The notes beneath the pieces were generated by a model, which was not told where the DNA came from, searched no databases, and worked only from the letters and a program-made list of their open reading frames with translations. Both the position numbers and the translations under genes were made by a program. DNA of 64,000 nucleotides from positions 64,001-128,000 of IMG/VR virus record IMGVR_UViG_3300021958_000023. One strand, written 5' to 3'. This DNA comes from a virus. Lineage: Duplodnaviria; Caudoviricetes. Of this stretch, positions 47,376 to 55,373 are shown in pieces; positions within the stretch are counted from its first letter, which is position 1; each line of letters begins with the position of its first letter.

Positions 47376-47850
47376 TTTTTTCTCCTGTGCCGTTCATTTC
47401 ATGCTTATCGTCTGCTACATGAGATTCCCAACCAATCTTTGCAGCCTCACCAATCTGCCCTTCATAAGGACACGGTGTTCCTGCCATCATCATAGCGTCA
47501 AATACTTGTTTATCTTGACACATGACAGAAACAGCAGCAACTTTCATGCCCATATCGTATAGTGTCTTCGCATTTTTAAGACGAATACAGTTTTCTTCTG
47601 TAAAAGTAGTACCGGCAGAAATGCCTAAGATTTGAGTTTGAACAGCTCCAGCAACACCGATTGTACATAAATCGCTATTGTTTCCAGAACTAAATTGTGG
47701 TGAAATTGCTGAGGGCGGAGGAGATTTAACTGTTGTAGTCATTTCTCCATTTGTTGTAACTGTACTATTTGTAGTAGACTCTGTTACAATTGTTTCTGCG
47801 AACGCAAAACTGCTATAGCTAAATAGCAATAAGAATATTAATTTTTTCAT
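47311..47850 (-). CDS. Secreted protein with a Cys-flanked beta-hairpin and C-terminal hydrophobic anchor
   Basis: Signal peptide (..FAFA); CTIGVAGAVQTQILGISAGTTFTEENC; ends GGIGLLTLLLLL. Confidence 0.8.
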   Translation of the reverse strand: MKKLIFLLLFSYSSFAFAETIVTESTTNSTVTTNGEMTTTVKSPPPSAISPQFSSGNNSDLCTIGVAGAVQTQILGISAGTTFTEENCIRLKNAKTLYDMGMKVAAVSVMCQDKQVFDAMMMAGTPCPYEGQIGEAAKIGWESHVADDKHEMNGTGEKIDVKEKATYGGIGLLTLLLLL

Positions 47851-47874
47851 CCAGTACCATCCTATTATAAGTTA

Positions 47875-48036
47875 TCACTCAGATTTTATAACTGTCCAAG
47901 CTCCCCATATGATTGCTGCCCAAGCAGCCCATCCCATTAGTGATTGAAATAATAAAGAAACAACTCCTACAGCTATAAGCATTGCACCATCCCAAGAAGT
48001 TCTTTCACTAATTCTATTTTTAATCCAATTAATCAT
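47875..48036 (-). CDS. 53-aa two-TM membrane protein (MINWIKNRISERTSWDGAMLIAVG...), absent from the ORF track
   Basis: AAGGA RBS, two hydrophobic helices, fills the gap. Confidence 0.7.
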   Translation of the reverse strand: MINWIKNRISERTSWDGAMLIAVGVVSLLFQSLMGWAAWAAIIWGAWTVIKSE

Positions 48037-48054
48037 AATATACCATCCTTTATT

Positions 48055-48306
48055 TCATTTTCTATATGATCTTGTTTTCTTAGCTATTTTTTTAGGCTGT
48101 TTTACAAATTGTTTTCCTGACTTTGAGCCTTTACGCTTTGCGGCATTAGTAGCACGCTTCTCACTAGGAGAAAGTGATTGCCAAGCAGCTTTTGGTAAAT
48201 ATCTACCACGTTTCTTACGAGGTTTTTTCTCTTCGCCTTTTGAAGAGTAACCCCATTCTTGACGAGTCCAATTTACTAAAGATTGTTGAGAAGGCTTCTT
48301 TGCCAT
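48055..48306 (-). CDS. Basic protein, DUF5872-like C-terminal half
   Basis: QQSLVNWTRQEW...RYLPKAAWQSLSPSEKRATNAAKR..GKQFVKQP. Confidence 0.7.
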   Translation of the reverse strand: MAKKPSQQSLVNWTRQEWGYSSKGEEKKPRKKRGRYLPKAAWQSLSPSEKRATNAAKRKGSKSGKQFVKQPKKIAKKTRSYRK

Positions 48307-48488
48307 TATCTATAACCTCCGCCAGCTTTTTTATAAGCAACAGCCAGCATTTGGGCTTTTCTAGCGCTCCATTGTCCAGGTGCGCCGCCTTTAGATCCTC
48401 GCTTAATTCTTTGGAAGATTTGTTTTCTCATAGTAGGTTTTGTATAATTACCTGCTTGATTAACTTTAGATTTAGTTTTCTTTGGCAT
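48306..48488 (-). CDS. Basic protein, DUF5872-like N-terminal half
   Basis: YTKPTMRK...KGGAPGQWSARKAQMLA..YKKAGGGY. Confidence 0.7.
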   Translation of the reverse strand: MPKKTKSKVNQAGNYTKPTMRKQIFQRIKRGSKGGAPGQWSARKAQMLAVAYKKAGGGYR

Positions 48489-48496
48489 ATCAATTC

Positions 48497-48961
48497 CTAT
48501 TTTGTTATATTAAATCTTAGATTATCATGGTCTGGATAGTTTACTACAACCTTACCTTCAGGACAATCATAATGTATATAAGCAATTAGTGTTGCTAAAC
48601 CTTCTGCTACTTTGTTTTGATGATGTTCATCAATGGTAATTTTATATGCAAAAGTATCTACTTTATCTGTTGCGGGTCCCATAAATTTAGTAATACTTGG
48701 TTTTGCAGGATGAACAATATGTTCACTATCTCTTACATCAAGAACAAAGTCTTCTACAGTACAGTCATCTCTATGTTTTTCTCTTGCAACCTCAACTTTG
48801 AATTCACCATTTACAGGGCCGTCAGTTATTTGAAAATGTTCAGGAGCCCAAGTAAGAATAGGATCTTCTATGCCTAGCTTATCATATAAAGTGTAACCGC
48901 CTCCGATTAGAGCAAATGTTGCTGTCACAACTCCAATACCTTTGGTAATGCTATCAATCAT
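48497..48961 (-). CDS. N-terminally anchored membrane protein with a beta-rich domain
   Basis: One N-terminal TM, Cys pair. Confidence 0.7.
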   Translation of the reverse strand: MIDSITKGIGVVTATFALIGGGYTLYDKLGIEDPILTWAPEHFQITDGPVNGEFKVEVAREKHRDDCTVEDFVLDVRDSEHIVHPAKPSITKFMGPATDKVDTFAYKITIDEHHQNKVAEGLATLIAYIHYDCPEGKVVVNYPDHDNLRFNITK

Positions 48962-49566
48962 TACTTTATAAATGCTCCTATTCTACCATGCAAATCTGGA
49001 TGATCAACATATCTCCAACCTTCTGGTGGTTCTGTATTTTCATCCTGCCATACAGGAACAAAATCTTCGTTGTCCCACTGAAAGTCTAAATTACGTCTAA
49101 GTTGACACTCAATTAACTTATTACCTATAAACTCACAGTTTACATATTCATACGGTATATCATTAAGTAGATCTGGAAACCTCAATATTCTCTCTAAAGC
49201 TGGGAGATCATCTACTTTACTCCATGCATCCCAGTACATTAACTCTTCAGGATCTTTAAACCCTTCAACACATAGAGTAATATTCTTCTTATAGTAGTCT
49301 ACAGATAAATGTCTTCCTTCAAACCACTCACACCAGAAATATCCTATTGGTAAATCGTCAGTGTCTTTTTCTATCCAAATACGTTCTGCTCCATAACCTA
49401 AACCTATTAAATTCATTATAGGTCTAACAATATACCATCCTGGTTGTGGAACATCAATTCCTACGGGGCCACACGTATACCCTAGTTTTTTAGAAAGTAT
49501 GAGTTTGTCATATATCCATATATGCTCTGGAGATAACGTTGCCCATACTTCGTCTTCTGTATTCAC
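48961..49566 (-). CDS. ATP-grasp-fold protein (minimal)
   Basis: YIVRPIMNLIGLGYGA, FWCEWFEGRHLSVD, NCEF...IECQLR. Confidence 0.6.
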   Translation of the reverse strand: MNTEDEVWATLSPEHIWIYDKLILSKKLGYTCGPVGIDVPQPGWYIVRPIMNLIGLGYGAERIWIEKDTDDLPIGYFWCEWFEGRHLSVDYYKKNITLCVEGFKDPEELMYWDAWSKVDDLPALERILRFPDLLNDIPYEYVNCEFIGNKLIECQLRRNLDFQWDNEDFVPVWQDENTEPPEGWRYVDHPDLHGRIGAFIK

Positions 49567-49739
49567 TTCTTTTTCTTTTTAGCTAAAATTGCTTTCTGTA
49601 GTGCAGGAGGTAGTTTCTTCTGTGCCGCAGACAAACCTCCACCGTTTACTTTTTTCTTAGCATCAGCTTTTTTAGAACTGTTTTTAGCCATAAAAGCTGG
49701 TTTACCATTCTTCATCGGCATTTTTTTATGTTTAGCCAT
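49563..49739 (-). CDS. 58-aa Lys-rich peptide (MAKHKKMPMK...LAKKKKK)
   Basis: GGAGG RBS before the ATG at 49739. Confidence 0.75.
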   Translation of the reverse strand: MAKHKKMPMKNGKPAFMAKNSSKKADAKKKVNGGGLSAAQKKLPPALQKAILAKKKKK

Positions 49740-49757
49740 AATAACCTCCAAAATTAA

Positions 49758-49851
49758 GTCACAAGTGTGACGGTAATAAAATAGCGGAGACTCCGTCTCC
49801 GCGTTGTGCCACTCCGTGGCAGGTAGTTGCAACATAGCGGAAAGCCATGTT
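49758..49851 (-). ncRNA. Structured leader or sRNA candidate with four tandem hairpins
   Basis: Hairpins at 49831-49851, 49807-49821, 49784-49802 and 49758-49771; GC-rich island in AT-rich DNA. Confidence 0.55.
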
Positions 49852-49912
49852 CATTCTATGTTCAATTAAGTAAAAATGATATTTTATATTGATTGCATCT
49901 AAGTTCAAACTA

Positions 49913-49941
49913 ATAGTAACACAAATTTCGATAGTTGACAA
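49913..49941 (-). promoter_or_regulatory. Promoter TTGTCA-17-TACTAT
   Basis: Minus-strand hexamers 49941-49936 and 49918-49913, upstream of the hairpin array. Confidence 0.55.
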
Positions 49942-49952
49942 ACAGAAAAATT

Positions 49953-50153
49953 TTATTTTTTACGCTTTCGCTTACTCTTTCCGGCTGCTGATAAGGCAAT
50001 CGCAATCGCCTGCTTTTGGCGAGCCTTTTTGTACGTTGTGCCTGATTTGGCAGCCATAGTGCGAATTGCTTTGTCACGACTTTTGGATGGTTTTTTGCGC
50101 ATCAACTCTTTAATATTTTTACCTAAAGCGTTCTTACCTGTTTGTAGGGGCAT
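49953..50153 (-). CDS. Small Lys/Arg-rich protein
   Basis: MPLQTGKNALGKNIKELM...KQAIAIALSAAGKSKRKRKK. Confidence 0.7.
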   Translation of the reverse strand: MPLQTGKNALGKNIKELMRKKPSKSRDKAIRTMAAKSGTTYKKARQKQAIAIALSAAGKSKRKRKK

Positions 50154-50475
50154 CTTCATCAAGCTCCACAACTAGTTCAATTAGATCTTCTTCACTCATC
50201 TCTTTTGACAAGTCATCATCACTAATAGTTAGGGTAAAAGGCTCACCATCCTCTTCTTCTTCTGATGTTTCGACTTCAATGTCGTCAGAATAGAGTAGAT
50301 AGTCTCTTGCTGAGTTTAAGTAGGCGCTACACACAGCAAGCTTGTTTGTCCACCAGGTTGGTAGTTCAGCTTCTGCGTCTTGTGGTAGCGCTTTTAAAAT
50401 GTCTTGAGCATCTTCGCAGATAGCTTGAACCATTCTACGAGACGATGCTACATCTGTGTGTCCATCTTTTTTCAT
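50134..50475 (-). CDS. Hypothetical protein with an acidic tail
   Basis: 113 aa, GAGG RBS, LPTWWTNKLA motif. Confidence 0.75.
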   Translation of the reverse strand: MKKDGHTDVASSRRMVQAICEDAQDILKALPQDAEAELPTWWTNKLAVCSAYLNSARDYLLYSDDIEVETSEEEEDGEPFTLTISDDDLSKEMSEEDLIELVVELDEDAPTNR

Positions 50476-50666
50476 TTTTTCCTCTTAAATCCAATTGGTT
50501 TAGAATACTTTACTGACCATCCTTTGTCTCGTGCGCGAGAGATAAATGACTCTAGTTGTGCCTCAGTCAAGACGCCAGAAACGGCTCTGCGTCTTGTCTT
50601 TTCATCTCGTGCAATTCGAGGAGATGGCGGTCTTGTAAAAGTGAATTTTCCTTTTTTCTTTTTCAT
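50472..50666 (-). CDS. Small basic protein, probably leaderless
   Basis: 64 aa; a -10 element ends 5 nt before the ATG. Confidence 0.65.
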   Translation of the reverse strand: MKKKKGKFTFTRPPSPRIARDEKTRRRAVSGVLTEAQLESFISRARDKGWSVKYSKPIGFKRKK

Positions 50667-50671
50667 AGTTT

Positions 50672-50700
50672 ATTATATGATTCTATAGAGCGTTTTGCAA
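50672..50700 (-). promoter_or_regulatory. Promoter TTGCAA-17-TATAAT
   Basis: Minus-strand hexamers 50700-50695 and 50677-50672. Confidence 0.75.
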
Positions 50701-50709
50701 ATGTAATTT

Positions 50710-52008
50710 TTAAACTTTTAGCACACACTCAACTAGCTTTTCTCCTTCTATAGAGTTAGATTCTAATGCAATTCCTACAAGAGATCCTGATCCGCTTGCT
50801 TTTCCAACTCCAGTATATGTAGTGTAAATTTTATCTCCCTTTTTTACTTCGCCTACTACACGAATCGGTAGACGACCTTTTAAGCCGAGATATTGACCTT
50901 CTGAATCAGAGTTCATCTTAAATGCTGGATACTCTGATACAACACCGATAGGAACTCCTGTTTCAGTACAAGCCTCTGTCTCAAAGAGTGAGAGCGTAGA
51001 TACCATCATAATAGTTCCAACTGGATACTCTTCATCTGTGGAGTATTTTTCTGCCAAGTCAGCATATTTTGCAGTGGTAGCTGTACCAAAAAACTCACCA
51101 CTCGCATACATATTTCTAAACTGACTACCAGAGGCTCCGACATCAATTGTTGCTGTAGTTGGTAGTAGGTTAACAGCAAAGTCAACAGAGTTTGTATCAA
51201 TGCTCATGCGTTTTGTACCGCCAGCAGTAAATCCAATATCGTCTGATCCTTCACGGAATATGCCTGTATTAGTATCTGACTCAAAAGTAATTGATGGATC
51301 AGCAGCAGTTCCGTTAGCAAACTGAACACCGTCTAGTTGTAAAAATCCATCAGTCGCATTTAAAGCAATGTGCGCTGATGAAGAACCAATTAACACCGCA
51401 TTAGAAAAGTAACCGTCACGATAACGATATGACCAGTCTCCTAAATCAACAGTATTATCTGTAATTGGTTCTACTTTTGCATCTAGATATAAATGATGTG
51501 GTTTAACAGATCCAGGATATGGAATACCAACATCAATAAAACCTGTTGAAGCTGAACCGTTTGAGGTTTTTAAGTATAAACGGTTATTAGCCGCTGCACC
51601 TAAACCAGATTCTGATACACGTCTGATAGAAGCCTGTGTTGTATCACTTGAGTTTACTACAGCTACTAATTCTCCTAGTTCATAATTGCGCTGATCTGCG
51701 CCTCCTAGTGTATCCACAAAGCTTAGTGCAATTCCATAACGACTGAAGTTGTTACCAGGCCAATTAGACCCTGTAGGAGGTTTTGCATTAGCTACATCTT
51801 TGATAAATAGCCTACCGCCTTTAGAAGATCTCCAAAAAACTCCATTAGGAACAGTTCCAACTGTGCCTTCATCATTAAAATCTGCGCCTAGCGGTTGCTC
51901 TTCGCCATAGAAGTTTCTACTGATTGCTCTTAAACTAGTATTAAAGTCATTTCTTGACAGAGCAACAGTTCTAGCAAAAGCAGGCAATAAAAACTGTTCG
52001 TTTGACAT
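50710..52008 (-). CDS. Tail fibre protein with a C-terminal peptidase G2-like intramolecular chaperone
   Basis: GTAADPSITF..DTNTGIF fibre motif; YADLAEKY...IGVVS..P...GL.GR.P..V.G..KKGD. Confidence 0.8.
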   Translation of the reverse strand: MSNEQFLLPAFARTVALSRNDFNTSLRAISRNFYGEEQPLGADFNDEGTVGTVPNGVFWRSSKGGRLFIKDVANAKPPTGSNWPGNNFSRYGIALSFVDTLGGADQRNYELGELVAVVNSSDTTQASIRRVSESGLGAAANNRLYLKTSNGSASTGFIDVGIPYPGSVKPHHLYLDAKVEPITDNTVDLGDWSYRYRDGYFSNAVLIGSSSAHIALNATDGFLQLDGVQFANGTAADPSITFESDTNTGIFREGSDDIGFTAGGTKRMSIDTNSVDFAVNLLPTTATIDVGASGSQFRNMYASGEFFGTATTAKYADLAEKYSTDEEYPVGTIMMVSTLSLFETEACTETGVPIGVVSEYPAFKMNSDSEGQYLGLKGRLPIRVVGEVKKGDKIYTTYTGVGKASGSGSLVGIALESNSIEGEKLVECVLKV

Positions 52009-52019
52009 TTGTTTTCTCC

Positions 52020-55000
52020 TTAAATTCCTCTAGCTTCAAACTGTATAGACTCGCCTGTGACAACAGTACCAGTGTTATCATAGATACTAACAGTACAGCT
52101 AGTTGTTGTAATACTTCTCATAATAATTGTATAAGATCCAGCAGCAGCATTGATTACTTGTCCGTTTACAAAAGGAATATCAACAAAGTCTGCACTGCTA
52201 TAATCAATTGTTTGGTTTTCACTTCCAACAGAAACATTTCTAATGAATACTTTATCTTTTAAATCAACAGAGTATCTTAAAGTGTTAAGGTTAAAACTTG
52301 CTTTTGCAGGATTACTATTTTCAACCTTATACCTAATTTGGAAATATCTAAACTCTTTATCAAAACCAGCTACACTAATATAACCATCTCTTGTAGCAGT
52401 ATTTGTACTAAAAGTAGTAATTTGTGTGTTACTGTTAGCATAAAAAGGATTTGCGGCAGAGTATCGAATTTGTACATTCTGGTTTACAATACTAGGATCA
52501 ACTCCTGCAAAAGTTGATACTAAGTCGTCAGTAAACTGATTTAAGTTTACAATTTCATAAGAAACTCCGTTTGTTACTGTGTGGACATTTAGTAAAGCAT
52601 TAGTAACAGAGTAATCAGCTCCACTATCTGTAGCCAGTTTACCAGCAGAGTCTTTAATTGGATTACCGTTTGCATAGTAGGCTTGACCTAGTGCAATAGC
52701 ATTAGCATTAACTACTCCCGCAATTAATGCAAAAGAATTAGCATTTGACGTATCATCTGCAAACTGTCCAGGATTCCATACAGCGTATACCTTACCGGTA
52801 AATTGTGCAGCAGTAATCTCAGTAGTTAAGTCAATAGGTAGTCCTCCATCTGCTGAAGTTATAGTTTCATTGATTATGTTATCATAAATAACTGAACTTT
52901 CTCCAGAAGATAATATTCCGTGAGGTGCTTCTAACTGAAAATATTTTCCAACTCCATTAGCAGTTGGTTGTCCAATTGTTCCTGAAACATTTCTATCAAC
53001 TAAAATGTTTCCAACATTTGAAGGTTCTGTAGAACTAGTTAAAATTACTTCTTTTTGTGAGTTCCAAGTATCTGTCCCGAACGGTTCTCCACTCACCTCT
53101 AAAATTACCTTGCCTTTAATTAAGCTACCTACATCTCTAACTTGAGTAACATATACTGCATTAGCACTAGCTTGTAGATCGGTTAAGTCAGCTACACTAG
53201 ACCAACCACTAGCAAAACCATTAGCATTATCTACCGCAGTTGAAGTGTAATTAATAGATAACCCACCTGTTGCACTATTTTGGCTTGGATAGTTTCCATG
53301 TAAAGCTTCCTCTGCTTCGTTATCATTAGTAATCGACTGCCCTCTGAAATCTAATGTGAATGATAAATCAGGGTTATCTTCATTATAGGCTTTAAATGTA
53401 TGTAAATCTGCTGGACGAGATGGTTGATATACAGTTCCAACTACAGGACTTCTATTTCCACTAGTATCAACTGCTTGAACCATAAAAGTAGATTCGACAA
53501 ATGAAGGTATAGGGATAGAAACAGAGCTAGCTGGAGCCGCAGCAACAGCTATTAAACTAGCTGCTCCAAACTTTTGTAACAGAGTTTCTTCATCGCTCAC
53601 ATCTACTCTTTCAGAAATTCGTCTTATCTCAAGTTTTTCTAAATCTAGATCTCGTAAACTGCCTGATTCATCTCTTTCTAGTTGCCATGCAAAAATAAGG
53701 TTATCTAATAATTGTCCTACCTGAAATTGTTTTGGTGCTAAAGGCGGAGTTCTTTTACCTTGAAGTGAGACAGTTTTTTCAACAGAAACACCTTTTATTT
53801 CTCCGTTTAGTGGAGTAACTCTTACTAGTATTCTATTAGGATTATTTCTTGGTCCTCTATCTAAATTGTTAATAGTAAAACTAATCTTTTCACTACCAGT
53901 TTCTAAAGAAGAAGATTGATTTGGTACTTTTACAACATTAAAGTTAGTTAAATTAGTAATAACATTCTTATCATCAGCAGCAGTAGTTCTTGTTGATCCT
54001 TGTAGTTTATATGCAATTTCATAATCTGTTACATCTCTAGACTCAATTTTATCGAACTTGACTGTTACTCTAAGAGAGACCCCTCTAATAGCGTCAATAA
54101 ATAAGCTTTCTTGCACTTCTAAATTTTGTACTTTAGGAATAGGAATATTTCTGATAAACGCTGCTTGAGTATTAAAAGGACTTCTGCGCTTTGCAGAATT
54201 GACATTTCTTGCTCTAAGTAAAGTTAGTCCGATAGGAACATCTCTGATTACTTTTTCACCTTGGTTACCAAAGAATATATCTTCAAAAGCAGCAGTCGAA
54301 CTTAAACTATATAGTCCTGTATTAGCTAGATTAAATTTTCCAGGATAAGTAGTAGTGTTATAACCAAAGCTTAGAGAACCTTTTGTGCCTGTAGTAGTTG
54401 TTACGTTAGACACTGTTCCAATTGGATCTTCTGCAATATTAGTTGCTGTAAAACCTGTTAAATTGGCTCTAGGAGATTCAGAGAGGCGAACTTTATAAAC
54501 AGTATTAGCAGTTAGTGCAACATTGTAATCTACATCTGCGGGATCGTAACTAACATTAGCTATTGAGTATATATTGCCACTCAGAATAGAGATATTATCA
54601 CCTGCTTCAATTAATGGTTGTCCATAATACTCTACCTCTGTTCTAATTTTATTAGCAGATGTAGTAGCTCCTGTAATCTTAAAACTATTTAAATCAACAG
54701 TCACATAGTTTGTATTATCAGCATAGTTAAAAGTAGTGTCTAATATCCCGTCTACATATACTTTAATAAAGCTGGCATCTTTAGGAACTACTCCTAGTGG
54801 TTGATTAAAAGATGCTGAAGAAATACCAGTAACAGTATTTTCTTTAATAATTTTTCTTTTTGTTCCTGAAATGTAAACAGAGTTATTCGCTACAAGATTC
54901 TTTTCTACTAATTGATTAATAGTTACATAAAACGGAGGAGTAGGTAGCTTATCAAATAAAACATCACTACCTGATCTAGAATTTACTACTTCAATATAGT

Positions 55001-55373
55001 TTGAAACAGTATTATAGGCAGATATTTGGTTAGAGTATTGAGTAACTCTAGGTCTAAATGCACTAAAGTTTTCTACGAAAGCATCAGGTGTTTTTTCGTT
55101 AATTGGAAATGCTACATAATCATGTCCTTTAATTCTGTTTGGAAATAGACTAACGTCATTTACTTCTAATATGTGTTTATGAAAATTCTCATCAAAACAA
55201 TTATCAAGCGCGTTGACTGAGAATCTAATATTATTTCCTATTGTAGTAACTGAATCACAAAGTAGCTTAACTTCTCCAATAGTGGTTGTAAAACCATTTT
55301 TACCGAAAAGTACAGCAGTTTCTCCATTTGTAAATGGCTGAACATTAGCTACGTTAAAATTTAAAACTGCCAT
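52020..55373 (-). CDS. Large tail protein (FN3-rich, gpJ C-terminal-like / receptor binding)
   Basis: FN3-like segments (VTDYEIAYK, FMVQAVDTSGNRS); coupled to the J-like gene. Confidence 0.7.
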   Translation of the reverse strand: MAVLNFNVANVQPFTNGETAVLFGKNGFTTTIGEVKLLCDSVTTIGNNIRFSVNALDNCFDENFHKHILEVNDVSLFPNRIKGHDYVAFPINEKTPDAFVENFSAFRPRVTQYSNQISAYNTVSNYIEVVNSRSGSDVLFDKLPTPPFYVTINQLVEKNLVANNSVYISGTKRKIIKENTVTGISSASFNQPLGVVPKDASFIKVYVDGILDTTFNYADNTNYVTVDLNSFKITGATTSANKIRTEVEYYGQPLIEAGDNISILSGNIYSIANVSYDPADVDYNVALTANTVYKVRLSESPRANLTGFTATNIAEDPIGTVSNVTTTTGTKGSLSFGYNTTTYPGKFNLANTGLYSLSSTAAFEDIFFGNQGEKVIRDVPIGLTLLRARNVNSAKRRSPFNTQAAFIRNIPIPKVQNLEVQESLFIDAIRGVSLRVTVKFDKIESRDVTDYEIAYKLQGSTRTTAADDKNVITNLTNFNVVKVPNQSSSLETGSEKISFTINNLDRGPRNNPNRILVRVTPLNGEIKGVSVEKTVSLQGKRTPPLAPKQFQVGQLLDNLIFAWQLERDESGSLRDLDLEKLEIRRISERVDVSDEETLLQKFGAASLIAVAAAPASSVSIPIPSFVESTFMVQAVDTSGNRSPVVGTVYQPSRPADLHTFKAYNEDNPDLSFTLDFRGQSITNDNEAEEALHGNYPSQNSATGGLSINYTSTAVDNANGFASGWSSVADLTDLQASANAVYVTQVRDVGSLIKGKVILEVSGEPFGTDTWNSQKEVILTSSTEPSNVGNILVDRNVSGTIGQPTANGVGKYFQLEAPHGILSSGESSVIYDNIINETITSADGGLPIDLTTEITAAQFTGKVYAVWNPGQFADDTSNANSFALIAGVVNANAIALGQAYYANGNPIKDSAGKLATDSGADYSVTNALLNVHTVTNGVSYEIVNLNQFTDDLVSTFAGVDPSIVNQNVQIRYSAANPFYANSNTQITTFSTNTATRDGYISVAGFDKEFRYFQIRYKVENSNPAKASFNLNTLRYSVDLKDKVFIRNVSVGSENQTIDYSSADFVDIPFVNGQVINAAAGSYTIIMRSITTTSCTVSIYDNTGTVVTGESIQFEARGI

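Noticed and set aside
47875-48036. Holin call for the two-TM peptide
   Set aside because: No endolysin or spanin gene was recognised nearby, so it is left as a membrane protein.
49740-49941. Extended 90-aa ORF start (49835) and the 60-aa ORF 49759-49941
   Set aside because: A strong GGAGG supports the start at 49739, and the upstream region is better explained by hairpins.
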